A stretch of 64,000 nucleotides of DNA from an uncultured Gammaproteobacteria bacterium (GTDB lineage Bacteria > Patescibacteriota > Microgenomatia > Daviesbacterales > UBA10151): assembly GCA_964446685.1 (NCBI GenBank), contig CAYUPO010000007.1, positions 233 through 64,232 of the forward strand, given 5' to 3'. A program made the translations under genes and the position numbers. Below are positions 9,980-20,056 of the stretch, in pieces; the first letter of the stretch is position 1; every line of letters starts with the position of its first letter. The notes under the pieces were generated by a model. The model searched no databases. It had not been told where the DNA came from and saw only the letters and a list, made by a program, of their open reading frames with translations.

Positions 9980-11631
9980 TTCGCAGTCTCCACCACTCTA
10001 AAAGCATTCAACCCATCTTTAAAATCAACATCTCCAATCAGACGGAATTCCGAAAAAGGTTTTACATCCTGATCTGGCAGTTCCTCTTTGGTCCCTATAA
10101 ATAAACTGTTTTTCATTCCTCTATCTCCCGGCCAATAAATATGCCGAAATTCAATGTTATCAATCTGTTTAACACTTCCTACATCAACCGAATTTTGGAC
10201 AAGCTGGGCTTGCTGCTGATACTTTGCAGGAGAGTATCTACTGTAAAACAAATAATAAATATATGGCTGTCCATAGGTATCAGTCATTACAATTTTGTCA
10301 TAATTGGCAGTCATAGCATTATTACTTATATCAGCTAATGCCAAACTTTGTTTATATCCATACAAATATCCCTGAGAATAAGTAACCGGTTGATGTACAA
10401 AGTAAGCATCCAGATACATCCCATAATTAAAAATCATTACCCCAACTACTCCAAGGGCAATGATAATTCCCGCTTTTTTTCTTGAGAGGCTTTTCCACAA
10501 AAAATAAAACCCAGCTGCTTCAAGTATGGTAAATGGTATCAGCAAATTAAGGTTTCTGACCATATTTATCAGATCGCGTGATAAGACTCCAGGCAGTGGA
10601 GCCAAAGCCAGATAAAGCAAAATAACAACAGAACTTTTTGATTTTTGTTTTACCAGAAAATAAAAGCCTAAGAGAACAAGGAGTAAAGAATAATAAGGAA
10701 GCACTCCCATATCAGGAATCTTATGCCTTGGACTATAATCCCCATCAACAAAAAGCATTTTCGGTGAAAAATAAATCACATATCTCTCCACTAAACCTCT
10801 GACATAAGCAAACCATTCCCCATGCAGCAGCTGAAATTGGGCGCTTTGCTGATCAAGGTTATCTTCTGCAGAAACTAAATTAATTTGTTCAGTTGATCTG
10901 GTATAGGCAAAAAAACTGGTTGTCGATAGCCTGTCCCCCTGACCGGAAAAAAGTAAAGTCCCGACCAATAAACCCGTAACCCCAAGCATTCCGATACCAG
11001 CCAAAAAACTTTTTGATAATATTTTTATCTGATCCCGGTATAAAATAATTAATCCTAAAACCAGCATTGGAACAAATAAACGTGAGGCCTGATAGGTAAT
11101 CAAAGATAATCCAAAAATTAATCCAGACAGAAAAAACCAATATTTCTTTTTTCCAAGTGCCACCACAAATAAATATACTCCGGCTAAATTTAAAACAGTC
11201 GCCATATTTGATTCCCAACCTCCTCTGGAAAAATGAATGGACAAAGGTGAGATCGCGGCAAACAAAGCCCCTGACAAAGACAACCATTTATTTTTGAAAA
11301 GTTCCTGCAGTAGCAAAAAAATTAAGACTATAAAAAAAGTTCCCGCAAGTATCGAAGGAAATCTAACTGCCAGTTCAGTTAATCCAAATATTGCAACAAA
11401 GGGAATTGCAGTATAAGCGTAAAGAGCCGGTTTATAATCTCCAAATGATTTCAGGTTTAGCGGCAATATTGCCCCATATTCATCTCTGCCGGTCAACATC
11501 AGTGAGTAAGCATTATAACCAAGCGCCGCCTCATCCCAGGTCAAACCAGGAGGAACAGCAGTCACCTGATAAATTCTTAGGAAAAATCCAAGAGCAATGA
11601 TAATTAAAAATGATAAATAAAACCGTTTCAT
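9976..11631 (-). CDS. GT-C membrane glycosyltransferase, ArnT/PMT-like (paralog 2)
   Basis: WDEAALGYNAYSLMLTGRDEYG...SFGDYKP; ATG 11631 preferred as start. Confidence 0.85.
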   Translation of the reverse strand: MKRFYLSFLIIIALGFFLRIYQVTAVPPGLTWDEAALGYNAYSLMLTGRDEYGAILPLNLKSFGDYKPALYAYTAIPFVAIFGLTELAVRFPSILAGTFFIVLIFLLLQELFKNKWLSLSGALFAAISPLSIHFSRGGWESNMATVLNLAGVYLFVVALGKKKYWFFLSGLIFGLSLITYQASRLFVPMLVLGLIILYRDQIKILSKSFLAGIGMLGVTGLLVGTLLFSGQGDRLSTTSFFAYTRSTEQINLVSAEDNLDQQSAQFQLLHGEWFAYVRGLVERYVIYFSPKMLFVDGDYSPRHKIPDMGVLPYYSLLLVLLGFYFLVKQKSKSSVVILLYLALAPLPGVLSRDLINMVRNLNLLIPFTILEAAGFYFLWKSLSRKKAGIIIALGVVGVMIFNYGMYLDAYFVHQPVTYSQGYLYGYKQSLALADISNNAMTANYDKIVMTDTYGQPYIYYLFYSRYSPAKYQQQAQLVQNSVDVGSVKQIDNIEFRHIYWPGDRGMKNSLFIGTKEELPDQDVKPFSEFRLIGDVDFKDGLNAFRVVETAK

Positions 11632-11726
11632 AATTAATAAACAAATAAACAAATGTCAAATAAACAAATTCCAAATAAGGATAACCAATTTGACATTTGG
11701 CATTTGTTTATTGGATTATTTGTTTA
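11632..11726. repeat. Inverted array of degenerate 7/8-mers (aaacaaat / atttgttt)
   Basis: Left arm aaataaacaaatgtcaaat is near-complementary to right arm atttggcatttgtttatt. Confidence 0.75.
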
Positions 11727-13415
11727 TTAAATTTCTACTACTTCAAATGCACCTTTCCCATCCAAAAAATCAATCCGCTTTAACACCGGCGGAATACCAG
11801 GATAATTCCCTGGTGTTGAAATAACATATCCATGCTGATCCTTTAATTTTTCCTTCATCTCCCAGTCATTTATAAAATAAACATTATCCAACCTGTCTAC
11901 CCATCGCCAGTTACTTTGCGGGTAACGGACCAAATTTAAATTTGTCTGGTACTGACCTGGATCATACTGATTGTAAAAAAGATAAAAAATATGCGCCTCA
12001 CCGTATTTTTTGGATATAAATAGTGGCCTGTTATTAACATTCTCTTTGGTCATTACAAAATTAATCGCCTCTTTATAACCATATTGCCAGGACTGGGAAT
12101 ATTGTTTGGGATACTCCAGAAAATAGGTTGAAAAATACCAGTAGCTATTTATTATCATCAATAAAGTCACCACAATCACACCACTGACTGCGACAATTCT
12201 CAACCTATCCTTCAACCATATCCAGGCATCAGTCATTCCGACTCCAACAATTGCCTGTAGTGCTCCCAACATAAAAATACTTCGTAAAACATGCGGAGAC
12301 TCTCTGGTAATTGCAGCTGGAATTGGTGCCAAAAGCAGCCAGGCCATAAATAATTTAGCCGCCGATGGATATTTCCAAATTTTAAGCAAACCGTAAATCA
12401 AAAACGGCGCTTCAATTGCATACATCAGTCCCATCTGCTGCACTGAAAACTGATAATTATCACCGCCTGCTAAGAATAAAAACTGAGGAGAAAAATGACT
12501 TAGATAGTTTTTAGCAAAGACAAAGGCAAAATAGCTATAACGGTTATAAACCAGTTTAGTTGCCACCTCAGGCAAAGTACTGGCTCCTCTGGATTCATTC
12601 AGGAAATTAATTGCCCCTTCATCAACTATTGCTACCCAATAATACCTGGAAGATGAATCCTGAGTTAAAGCTAGAAATCCAGCCACTCCAATAAAGATTA
12701 GAAAAATAACCGCCGGTATGATCAATTTCACTTTTAATTCTTTGATTTGTCTCAGCTCACCAATTTTACTAAGAGCCACAGCAGCTAAAAATAAAGGCAC
12801 AAATACTCTGGCACTATTGTAAGTAAATAATGTTAACCCAAAAAACAAAGCTGATCCTGATAAAAATCCCAGCGAACGTTTTTTATAGCCAACGATCAAA
12901 AAATAAATTCCGACCAGAAAAAAACAAAGGGCCAGATTTGCTTCCAAAGCTGCCCGTGACAAAAAAGTATGCCAGGGAGAAATAGCCAGTAATAAAGCAG
13001 AAACTAACGCCCATTTTTGATTCTTTGATTCGGTCACAACTATCCAATAAAGCAATCCAACTGATAAAACACCGGCCAGCATTGAAGGAAGTCTGACCGC
13101 CCATTCATTCAAACCTAATAAAGCAATAAAAGGAACTGTAGTATAAATATATCCAGGCAGTTTAAAGTCCCCAAATGCTTCAAATGTTAAAGGAAAAATC
13201 CTCCCCCACTCATCTTTACCAGTTTCCAAAATTGAATAGGCATTGTAACCTAAAGATGTTTCATCCCAATTGAGCGATGGTGGAACGACGCCAAACCAAA
13301 AAAAACGCAAAAAAACAGCGAGTAACAGAATCACTCCAAGTATTGGATATTTGAAATCTCTCGACTTCACTCGAGACAGGTTTGATATTGGAAATTGGAT
13401 ATTATTAGAGATCAT
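11727..13415 (-). CDS. GT-C membrane glycosyltransferase, ArnT/PMT-like (paralog 3)
   Basis: WDETSLGYNAYSILETGKDEWG...AFGDFKLP; ATG 13415 overlaps the end of the upstream gene. Confidence 0.85.
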   Translation of the reverse strand: MISNNIQFPISNLSRVKSRDFKYPILGVILLLAVFLRFFWFGVVPPSLNWDETSLGYNAYSILETGKDEWGRIFPLTFEAFGDFKLPGYIYTTVPFIALLGLNEWAVRLPSMLAGVLSVGLLYWIVVTESKNQKWALVSALLLAISPWHTFLSRAALEANLALCFFLVGIYFLIVGYKKRSLGFLSGSALFFGLTLFTYNSARVFVPLFLAAVALSKIGELRQIKELKVKLIIPAVIFLIFIGVAGFLALTQDSSSRYYWVAIVDEGAINFLNESRGASTLPEVATKLVYNRYSYFAFVFAKNYLSHFSPQFLFLAGGDNYQFSVQQMGLMYAIEAPFLIYGLLKIWKYPSAAKLFMAWLLLAPIPAAITRESPHVLRSIFMLGALQAIVGVGMTDAWIWLKDRLRIVAVSGVIVVTLLMIINSYWYFSTYFLEYPKQYSQSWQYGYKEAINFVMTKENVNNRPLFISKKYGEAHIFYLFYNQYDPGQYQTNLNLVRYPQSNWRWVDRLDNVYFINDWEMKEKLKDQHGYVISTPGNYPGIPPVLKRIDFLDGKGAFEVVEI

Positions 13416-15093
13416 TATTAGTGTCAAATACCCGGAACATAATTTTGTCAAATGGATCTTTAAAAGTTTTATCAGCCTTCACTCCATCTGGAGTCTCAGA
13501 CTCTCCACCAATAATCATGGTGTTATTCTTATACTTATCGATATCCCAGCCCATCTTCTTAAAATAATATTTCCCCAGTGTGTATTCAGTCTGATCTAAA
13601 AATTTGAACTCTTTTTCAAAATCTTTCCAGTTTTGTGACTGGGACTGAAAATAGGTCGGATCCATTTTGGTATAAAAAGCTAAATAAATCTGCGGTTGAC
13701 CCTGAGACTGAGTAAAAAGCACCTGATCATATTTGTCTTTATTTTGCTCAGCAAATTTAAAAATCTCCTCGTAATTGTAATGAACTCCCCCCAAAGGACG
13801 TTCAAACTGGTGAAAAGCATAAAAATCAATTCGCACCACCAATGAGTAAACCATAACAACCATTAGAATACCCACAAAACTAAATTGAAGCCCTTTTATA
13901 TTTTTTAATAGTGAAAACACCCAATAGATACCGAGTGCAGCTAAAACGGGAAATAGCAGCAGTAATACCTCAACCCGCTGGGTATGCATGTAATTTCTGG
14001 TTAATGCTGCTGGAATTGGTGCCACCAGCAGCCATAAAAAAATAATCCGGCTTTGAGCAATTTTTAATTTAAACAAGGCAAAAATACCTGAGAGTATAAA
14101 TAGTATTTCCCAGACTGATAACAACCATTGTCCAGGCAGATTATACAAACTGGAATCAGACCGATCCGGCGAAGCTAGAAAAGTAGTTGAAAAGTACCCC
14201 AAATAATTTTGAGAAAACTGGCTACCGAGATAAGCCAGACGATTATTAATTACTCTGCCCCATGGCTGAGGAAGCGGATCACTGACCTGTTTTTCACGCA
14301 GTGCGCTGAGATTTTCGGAATTATAAATTGCGGCATCACTAGCTCTTCTTCCTGCCCCTGTAAATAACTGCCCGTAAGCCAAAAGTGAGACAAAAAGACC
14401 AAATAACACTACAAAACTTACCAACTCCTTCTTCTTAAAAATCTCTTTAATGTCACCCGTTTGAACGAATTTAAGAACCAATAGTCCACTTACAAATAAA
14501 GGAGTAAACAACTGGAATGAATAATAGCCAAACATAGTCAGCCCAAAACTTAGTGCAGACAAACCAAGAAGAACTCTTCTTTTGAGTCTGAAACCCTTCA
14601 AAAACAGCCACAGTCCCATCATAAAAAAGAAAATAGTCACATTTGATTCCCAGGCAGCTCGGGAATAAAAAAGATGCCAGGAAGAGATAGTTAAAATTAT
14701 TGAAGCTAGGAGCGCAATTTGTTTACTAAATAAGGGTTTTTGTTCATTTCTAAAAAGTTCCTCAACCAAAACAAATAGCATCAGGACACTCAACACGCCA
14801 AATAGCGCTGAGGGGAACCTGACAGCAAACATATTCAGATCAAACAAAGCCACACTCGGAACAGTTAAATAGACATACAGCGGCGGACGGTAATCACCAA
14901 AACTACGAGGAAAAATAGGCAAAAAGTCTCCCCATTCATCACGCCCGGTCTGCAATATAGAATAGGCACTATAGCCCTGCTGAATCTCATCTGGAGTGAC
15001 ACCAATAGGAACTTGCCCCAGCCAGGCAAAGCGCATTACTGCTGCTATTAGTACAACCACAACTAAAACAAAATATATTATTCGTTTGGACAT
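13405..15093 (-). CDS. GT-C membrane glycosyltransferase, ArnT/PMT-like (paralog 4)
   Basis: PDEIQQGYSAYSILQTGRDEWG...SFGDYRPP; start MSKRII at 15093. Confidence 0.85.
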   Translation of the reverse strand: MSKRIIYFVLVVVVLIAAVMRFAWLGQVPIGVTPDEIQQGYSAYSILQTGRDEWGDFLPIFPRSFGDYRPPLYVYLTVPSVALFDLNMFAVRFPSALFGVLSVLMLFVLVEELFRNEQKPLFSKQIALLASIILTISSWHLFYSRAAWESNVTIFFFMMGLWLFLKGFRLKRRVLLGLSALSFGLTMFGYYSFQLFTPLFVSGLLVLKFVQTGDIKEIFKKKELVSFVVLFGLFVSLLAYGQLFTGAGRRASDAAIYNSENLSALREKQVSDPLPQPWGRVINNRLAYLGSQFSQNYLGYFSTTFLASPDRSDSSLYNLPGQWLLSVWEILFILSGIFALFKLKIAQSRIIFLWLLVAPIPAALTRNYMHTQRVEVLLLLFPVLAALGIYWVFSLLKNIKGLQFSFVGILMVVMVYSLVVRIDFYAFHQFERPLGGVHYNYEEIFKFAEQNKDKYDQVLFTQSQGQPQIYLAFYTKMDPTYFQSQSQNWKDFEKEFKFLDQTEYTLGKYYFKKMGWDIDKYKNNTMIIGGESETPDGVKADKTFKDPFDKIMFRVFDTNNDL

Positions 15094-15149
15094 CTCTTCA
15101 ATAAACCTACCTCTTAAGTATATAATGAACCAGGAACTAATGTAATCCA
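15094..15149. promoter_or_regulatory. Putative divergent promoter with overlapping -10 boxes
   Basis: TATAAT on + (15121-15126) overlaps TATACT on - (15117-15122) in a 56-bp gap between divergent genes. Confidence 0.5.
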
Positions 15150-16874
15150 ATGGGACAGATCTTTAAAGTATCATCTTTGCGAAAAACAATCCTGCATCCT
15201 CTGTTTTTCCTTTTTTTAATAGGACTTTTGCTTAGATTGTATTTGTTAAACACTTTTCCAGCCGGGTTTCATATCGATGAAGTAAAAATGGGCTGGAATG
15301 CTTTATCCCTTCTCAAGACCGGTCAGGATGACTGGGGACACAGCTTCCCTCTCAACTACAATTCATTTGGCGATTTCAGGCCAACCGGCTACTTTTACAC
15401 TGTTATCCCTTCACTGATATTATTTGGCCAATCTGAATTCGCCGTCCGCTTTCCCTCGGCCTTATTTGGTTCACTGACTATCTTTGTGATCTATTTTTTA
15501 ACTAAAGAGTTACTGGAAAAATATGATCAGCGAAAAAAAGTAGCTTTACTTGCTTCACTTATCCTGGCTGTTTCCCCCTGGCATCTATCTTTATCCCGGG
15601 CCAGTTCTGAGGGAATTGTCGGGATGTTTTTTACCCTTTTAGGACTGTTATTTTTTATCAGGCTGGTTAAACACAAGAAACTCAATTATCTGCTTATTTC
15701 TGTTCCTCTGCTCATTTTGCCATACTTTTTTTATCACACCCCCAGGCTTTTGACACCGATATTAATGCTGGTTATCTGGGTTTTTCATTGGAAACCATGG
15801 CAAAGAAACTTTAAACCAAATCTTCTGATCACCTTCGCTGTAATCATTCTTTGTGCAGTAACCATCGCTTTTGCCCTAAATAAAGAAGCCAGAGGCCGTT
15901 TTTCCCAGGTTTCAATCTTCAATGATCTCAATATCAGGCACAATTTGGATCTGTTTCCTTTTGAAGAAGGCCATAACGATGTTTTAATGGCCCGGATTTT
16001 TCACAATAAATTGGTTTTGTGGACACAAGAAGGTATCAATGAGTTTACTCAGTATTTCTCAGCCAAATTTTTCTTAGTTCCGTTTGAAGCAAAACCAGCC
16101 AGATATGACACTGTCGGAATGGGAGTCTTAAGCTATATTGAATTATTATTACTTGTGGCAGGAGTGATTGCAGTCATCCGGGGTAAATATTCACTTTTAC
16201 CAATATTGCTTCTTTTATCGGCACCAATTCCGGCTTCACTCACAACAGAAGATGCTCCCAATCAGATGAGAGCTTTGTATATGATCCCATTTATAGCAAT
16301 AACCGGAGCATTTGGATTGCATTTTCTAAGCAACCTGTTACCAAAGTCTAAGCTGATACTGGGCAGTTTATTAGTCCTATTATTCCTCAATTTCCTCTTC
16401 TTCGAACATATGTATTTTATACACAATCCCCAGCGTCCTCCAATACCGGGAGATCGGAATGTCGGTGCAAAAGAAGCAGCGCTAAATATTCTGCTCCTTC
16501 AAAACAAGTATGACAAGATTATAGTAACAAATATTCCTGATAGTTTGTACCCCTGGTATGCCTATTTCTCCGGAGTTGATCCAGTCACATTTAATGAAAT
16601 AGCCAAAAACCGGGGTGAAAGAGCCTGGCAGTATCAAAATATAGTCTTTAGTACCGTCAGGTGCCCTTCCAGAGACGCTTTTACCAGAAATAATGACAAT
16701 GTTCTAGCAGTTGACGCTGAAGGTTGTGAAGGAGACGCGAAATATTCACCAGCCATACAAGTCCTGGGAAGAGTCCAAAGAGGCGACAAAGCCTACCCCT
16801 ACATCTTCTGGCACCGAGTAGAAAAGGAAACCTTTCCAATAGAAGCCACACCCTCGGCTCAACCTTCCAATTAA
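15150..16874 (+). CDS. GT-C membrane glycosyltransferase, ArnT/PMT-like (paralog 5, inverted)
   Basis: HIDEVKMGWNALSLLKTGQDDWG...SFGDFRP, AVRFPSA, PWHLSLSR. Confidence 0.85.
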   Translation: MGQIFKVSSLRKTILHPLFFLFLIGLLLRLYLLNTFPAGFHIDEVKMGWNALSLLKTGQDDWGHSFPLNYNSFGDFRPTGYFYTVIPSLILFGQSEFAVRFPSALFGSLTIFVIYFLTKELLEKYDQRKKVALLASLILAVSPWHLSLSRASSEGIVGMFFTLLGLLFFIRLVKHKKLNYLLISVPLLILPYFFYHTPRLLTPILMLVIWVFHWKPWQRNFKPNLLITFAVIILCAVTIAFALNKEARGRFSQVSIFNDLNIRHNLDLFPFEEGHNDVLMARIFHNKLVLWTQEGINEFTQYFSAKFFLVPFEAKPARYDTVGMGVLSYIELLLLVAGVIAVIRGKYSLLPILLLLSAPIPASLTTEDAPNQMRALYMIPFIAITGAFGLHFLSNLLPKSKLILGSLLVLLFLNFLFFEHMYFIHNPQRPPIPGDRNVGAKEAALNILLLQNKYDKIIVTNIPDSLYPWYAYFSGVDPVTFNEIAKNRGERAWQYQNIVFSTVRCPSRDAFTRNNDNVLAVDAEGCEGDAKYSPAIQVLGRVQRGDKAYPYIFWHRVEKETFPIEATPSAQPSN

Positions 16875-16904
16875 ATATTTTTCGAACGATCAGTGAGAAA
16901 TTTC
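16873..16904. repeat. Half copy of a REP-like element (matches 52831-52860)
   Basis: aatatttttcgaacgatcagtgagaaatttc versus aatatttttcgaacgatagtgagaaatttc. Confidence 0.7.
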
Positions 16905-17001
16905 AAACAAATATAATAATTAACAGCTAACAAAATTGTATTTATTACGATTAAATACCAAATAATCACATGATTAATCACGTGAATATTCATGTGTTTT
17001 T

Positions 17002-18753
17002 TTACTGTTTAGTTACAACATAGAAAATTGGAGCACCTTGTGGATTTACAACGGTCTTTAATACTTTTACTCCTGATGGTGGAGTTTTACTCCAATCCCA
17101 ATCCCCTTCAACTTCATCCCTGGCAGCCATCAGATATAAATATCCGGGCTTCAAAAATTCCTGTACACTAAATGGTTTATCAGTATTGCCAAAATAATAC
17201 TTGCCGTCAAAAATAAATCCATTAAATCCTTCTACAACGTTCTTCTGTGATTTTAAATTATCAAACTGAGATTGAATTCTGGCAGGATCAGCTTTGGTCC
17301 ACATCAGATATCTATTTAAAGATGGTTCATAGGTATTATTAAAGAATACTTTCTCGTATTCACTCTGATGTTCTGCCACATACTGCATAGCTTCTTTAAA
17401 CCCAACATGCCACCATCTCCAGGATTCCACCGGATAATGCTGGTAATACCTGTGAAAATAAAATGTGGTATTAAACACAAATAAAATACCTACCAGACCC
17501 AGTAGACTAACAAAACCCCATCTTTGTTTATCCCGTAAACTCAAAACCTGATTTATCAAAAAAACTAATCCCAAAGCATTTAATATTACTAAAGGCGGCA
17601 GCATAATAAACATCCTGGTGGCATGATATCCGCCATCAGCTGTTAAAGAACCTGGTATTGGGGATAAAATAAGCCAGCCAAAGACCAGAAACATGACTTT
17701 CCGCTCTCCTCGGAAAATCAAAAACCAAACTCCTATTGCCAGCAAAATTATCTCAAAATAATATAACTCCCCCATCTCATGAATTGATTGTCTGAAATTA
17801 ATATCCCCTTCCGCAAACAAAAAATTAAGTGACAAAGCTTTCAGATAATTGGTTGAAAAAACCTGCAGATAAACAGTCGGCCGGTTATGAAAATAATTTT
17901 CGGATGAGACATCATTTGTTTTATATTCACCATCCGGAGTAAAGTATCCCAAATTTTTGCGAGCTAGATTGATCTTATCCACCAAAACAGTATCCGTAAA
18001 AATACTGATTCCGGAAAATCTATTAGTTGCCTGACCAGAAAAAATCGACAAAGCCACACCAGAGATAATCACCAATCCGATCAGAAAACTACTAATTAAC
18101 CACCTTGCCCCAATTGTTTTAAAGACTGATTTATTATTCAGATAAATTCCACCAAGCAATACAAGTAAAAGCGGCACAAAAGCCGCAGCAGTTGAATATA
18201 CATAAAAAGAAGCACTAAAGAGTATCGCTGCCACTACTAAAAAATAGCCTTTCTTAAACCCAACCAAAGTAAAATATGTCGCAAAAAGCAAAAAAGACAG
18301 TAGCATTGTCACTTCAAAAGAGGCTCTTGAATACTGCAAATGCCAGGGAGATATCGCCATCAAAAACATTGCAGCAAGTGCTGTTGGAATATTAAATAAT
18401 TTTCTGGTTAATAAAAAAATCCCTATCAAAGAAACCAGACCCCAAAAAACAGCCGGCAACCTAACACCCCATTCATTAAGCCCAAAAACACCAACAAAAG
18501 GAACTGCTGAGTAAATATAAAGTGAAGCCCGGTATTCAGTCAGAGATTTTAAATAAAGCGGCATGCTCCTGCCACTAATATCTTTACCGGTTGTTAAAAG
18601 TGAATAAGCCTGATACCCAACATCAACTTCATCACCAAATAACGCGGGTGGTACAGTATCCAAATGGTAAACCCGCAAAAATGTACCCAGCACCAAAATA
18701 AACAAAATTGCGGTAATTGTTAAATACAGTTTTGAAAAAGCACTCATTGCCAT
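17002..18753 (-). CDS. GT-C membrane glycosyltransferase, ArnT/PMT-like (paralog 6)
   Basis: FGDEVDVGYQAYSLLTTGKDISG, GVRLPA, PWHLQYSR. Confidence 0.85.
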   Translation of the reverse strand: MAMSAFSKLYLTITAILFILVLGTFLRVYHLDTVPPALFGDEVDVGYQAYSLLTTGKDISGRSMPLYLKSLTEYRASLYIYSAVPFVGVFGLNEWGVRLPAVFWGLVSLIGIFLLTRKLFNIPTALAAMFLMAISPWHLQYSRASFEVTMLLSFLLFATYFTLVGFKKGYFLVVAAILFSASFYVYSTAAAFVPLLLVLLGGIYLNNKSVFKTIGARWLISSFLIGLVIISGVALSIFSGQATNRFSGISIFTDTVLVDKINLARKNLGYFTPDGEYKTNDVSSENYFHNRPTVYLQVFSTNYLKALSLNFLFAEGDINFRQSIHEMGELYYFEIILLAIGVWFLIFRGERKVMFLVFGWLILSPIPGSLTADGGYHATRMFIMLPPLVILNALGLVFLINQVLSLRDKQRWGFVSLLGLVGILFVFNTTFYFHRYYQHYPVESWRWWHVGFKEAMQYVAEHQSEYEKVFFNNTYEPSLNRYLMWTKADPARIQSQFDNLKSQKNVVEGFNGFIFDGKYYFGNTDKPFSVQEFLKPGYLYLMAARDEVEGDWDWSKTPPSGVKVLKTVVNPQGAPIFYVVTKQ

Positions 18754-20042
18754 TTAAAAAGTTTCTCCCTTTTTTCCTGATCCAGTAATTCTTTCAGAAA
18801 AACAATATAGTTGTAAACCAGTAAAACAGCATACCCCACCACCAACCAGGTCAAAAAGATATTTGATTTAGTTAGTTCCAGAATAACCGGAATTCCCGGC
18901 TGAAATAATCCTCTATACAAATTGATAAAGTGCAGAAAAGTAAAATAAACCAGATTTATCCAATGAATCTTTTTAAAACAAACTAAAACAGTGGCAAAAA
19001 GAACCACCGGAATCATATATCTCTCATGCATCCTGGTAAAAAAGAAAAAATAAAACCCGGACACTAAAAACAGATAATAAAACAGCTGATAATAATTTGT
19101 CTTTTTAATAAAATAAATCAAACTAAGCGGTGCTATAAAGCTCAAAAACAATAAATATCCCCATAGATCAAATGACAAACCTAAATATTTTTGGTTGGAT
19201 GATAATATTTCATAATTTGAAAAAGTCCCCCACATATTTAAAGCATTTTCAGCTACACCAAAATCAACTAAAGTAAAATTTGAATAATAAAACTGCAGCG
19301 GCCAGATCAGAGAAAAAGAATGAAATGGCAGATATGATAGATACAAAATAATTAATGAAACAGCAATTGATTTAAGACTGTTTTTTAATCCAAACTCTTT
19401 AAAAATATAAAAAATATACACTCCCCATAAAAGTAAAATTGTATGTTTTGTCATCAATGCCACACCAGCAAAAATAAATGACCACCACAACTTTTTATTT
19501 ATCAAAAAACCAAAGGCTAGTAATAGCAACAAATTTTGCAGTAAATCCGTCTGTCCCCAAACTGAGGACACATAAATAACTGCCGGATTTAGTAGCAAAA
19601 ACAACGCAATAATATATCTATTTTTAACTAATAACTTTTCTTTAGTTTTTTTTAAAATTAATGGCAAAACAGCTGCAAATAAAATAGTCGCAATAAGTCC
19701 CGGCAGTTTTAGAAAGGAGATTAAAGTATTTTCCCATTCCATACCAAAAACCAATCGTGAAGGGAAAAAGCTAATTGACGAATTTAGCCAATAGACAGCA
19801 CTTAGACTAATCTGATAAATCCACAAGCTTCCGGCGAAAGCATACATTGTTAAAGGCGGATATGTGGGAAATGAAAAACCAGGAAATCGTCTCTCAAAAA
19901 AATCCACACTTCCATAATCTAAAATACTTCTTCCCCAAACGACATGATTTTTCACATCTCCGGAATATATCGGCAGAGAAATATAAAAATATATCACAAA
20001 GGAAATAACTAAAAACAAACTAAATAATATTTTTTTAATCAT
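18744..20042 (-). CDS. GT-C membrane glycosyltransferase (GT87/ALG6-like)
   Basis: GDVKNHVVWG, TYPPL, KLP, NPAVIYVSSVWGQTD, TRMHERY. Confidence 0.7.
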   Translation of the reverse strand: MIKKILFSLFLVISFVIYFYISLPIYSGDVKNHVVWGRSILDYGSVDFFERRFPGFSFPTYPPLTMYAFAGSLWIYQISLSAVYWLNSSISFFPSRLVFGMEWENTLISFLKLPGLIATILFAAVLPLILKKTKEKLLVKNRYIIALFLLLNPAVIYVSSVWGQTDLLQNLLLLLAFGFLINKKLWWSFIFAGVALMTKHTILLLWGVYIFYIFKEFGLKNSLKSIAVSLIILYLSYLPFHSFSLIWPLQFYYSNFTLVDFGVAENALNMWGTFSNYEILSSNQKYLGLSFDLWGYLLFLSFIAPLSLIYFIKKTNYYQLFYYLFLVSGFYFFFFTRMHERYMIPVVLFATVLVCFKKIHWINLVYFTFLHFINLYRGLFQPGIPVILELTKSNIFLTWLVVGYAVLLVYNYIVFLKELLDQEKREKLFKWQ

Positions 20043-20056
20043 AGTAGTAACTCCTT

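Noticed and set aside
13295-13318. Poly-A/T runs of 7-9 nt as phase-variation tracts
   Set aside because: Such runs are frequent throughout this AT-rich, Phe/Lys-rich sequence, and the frames are intact
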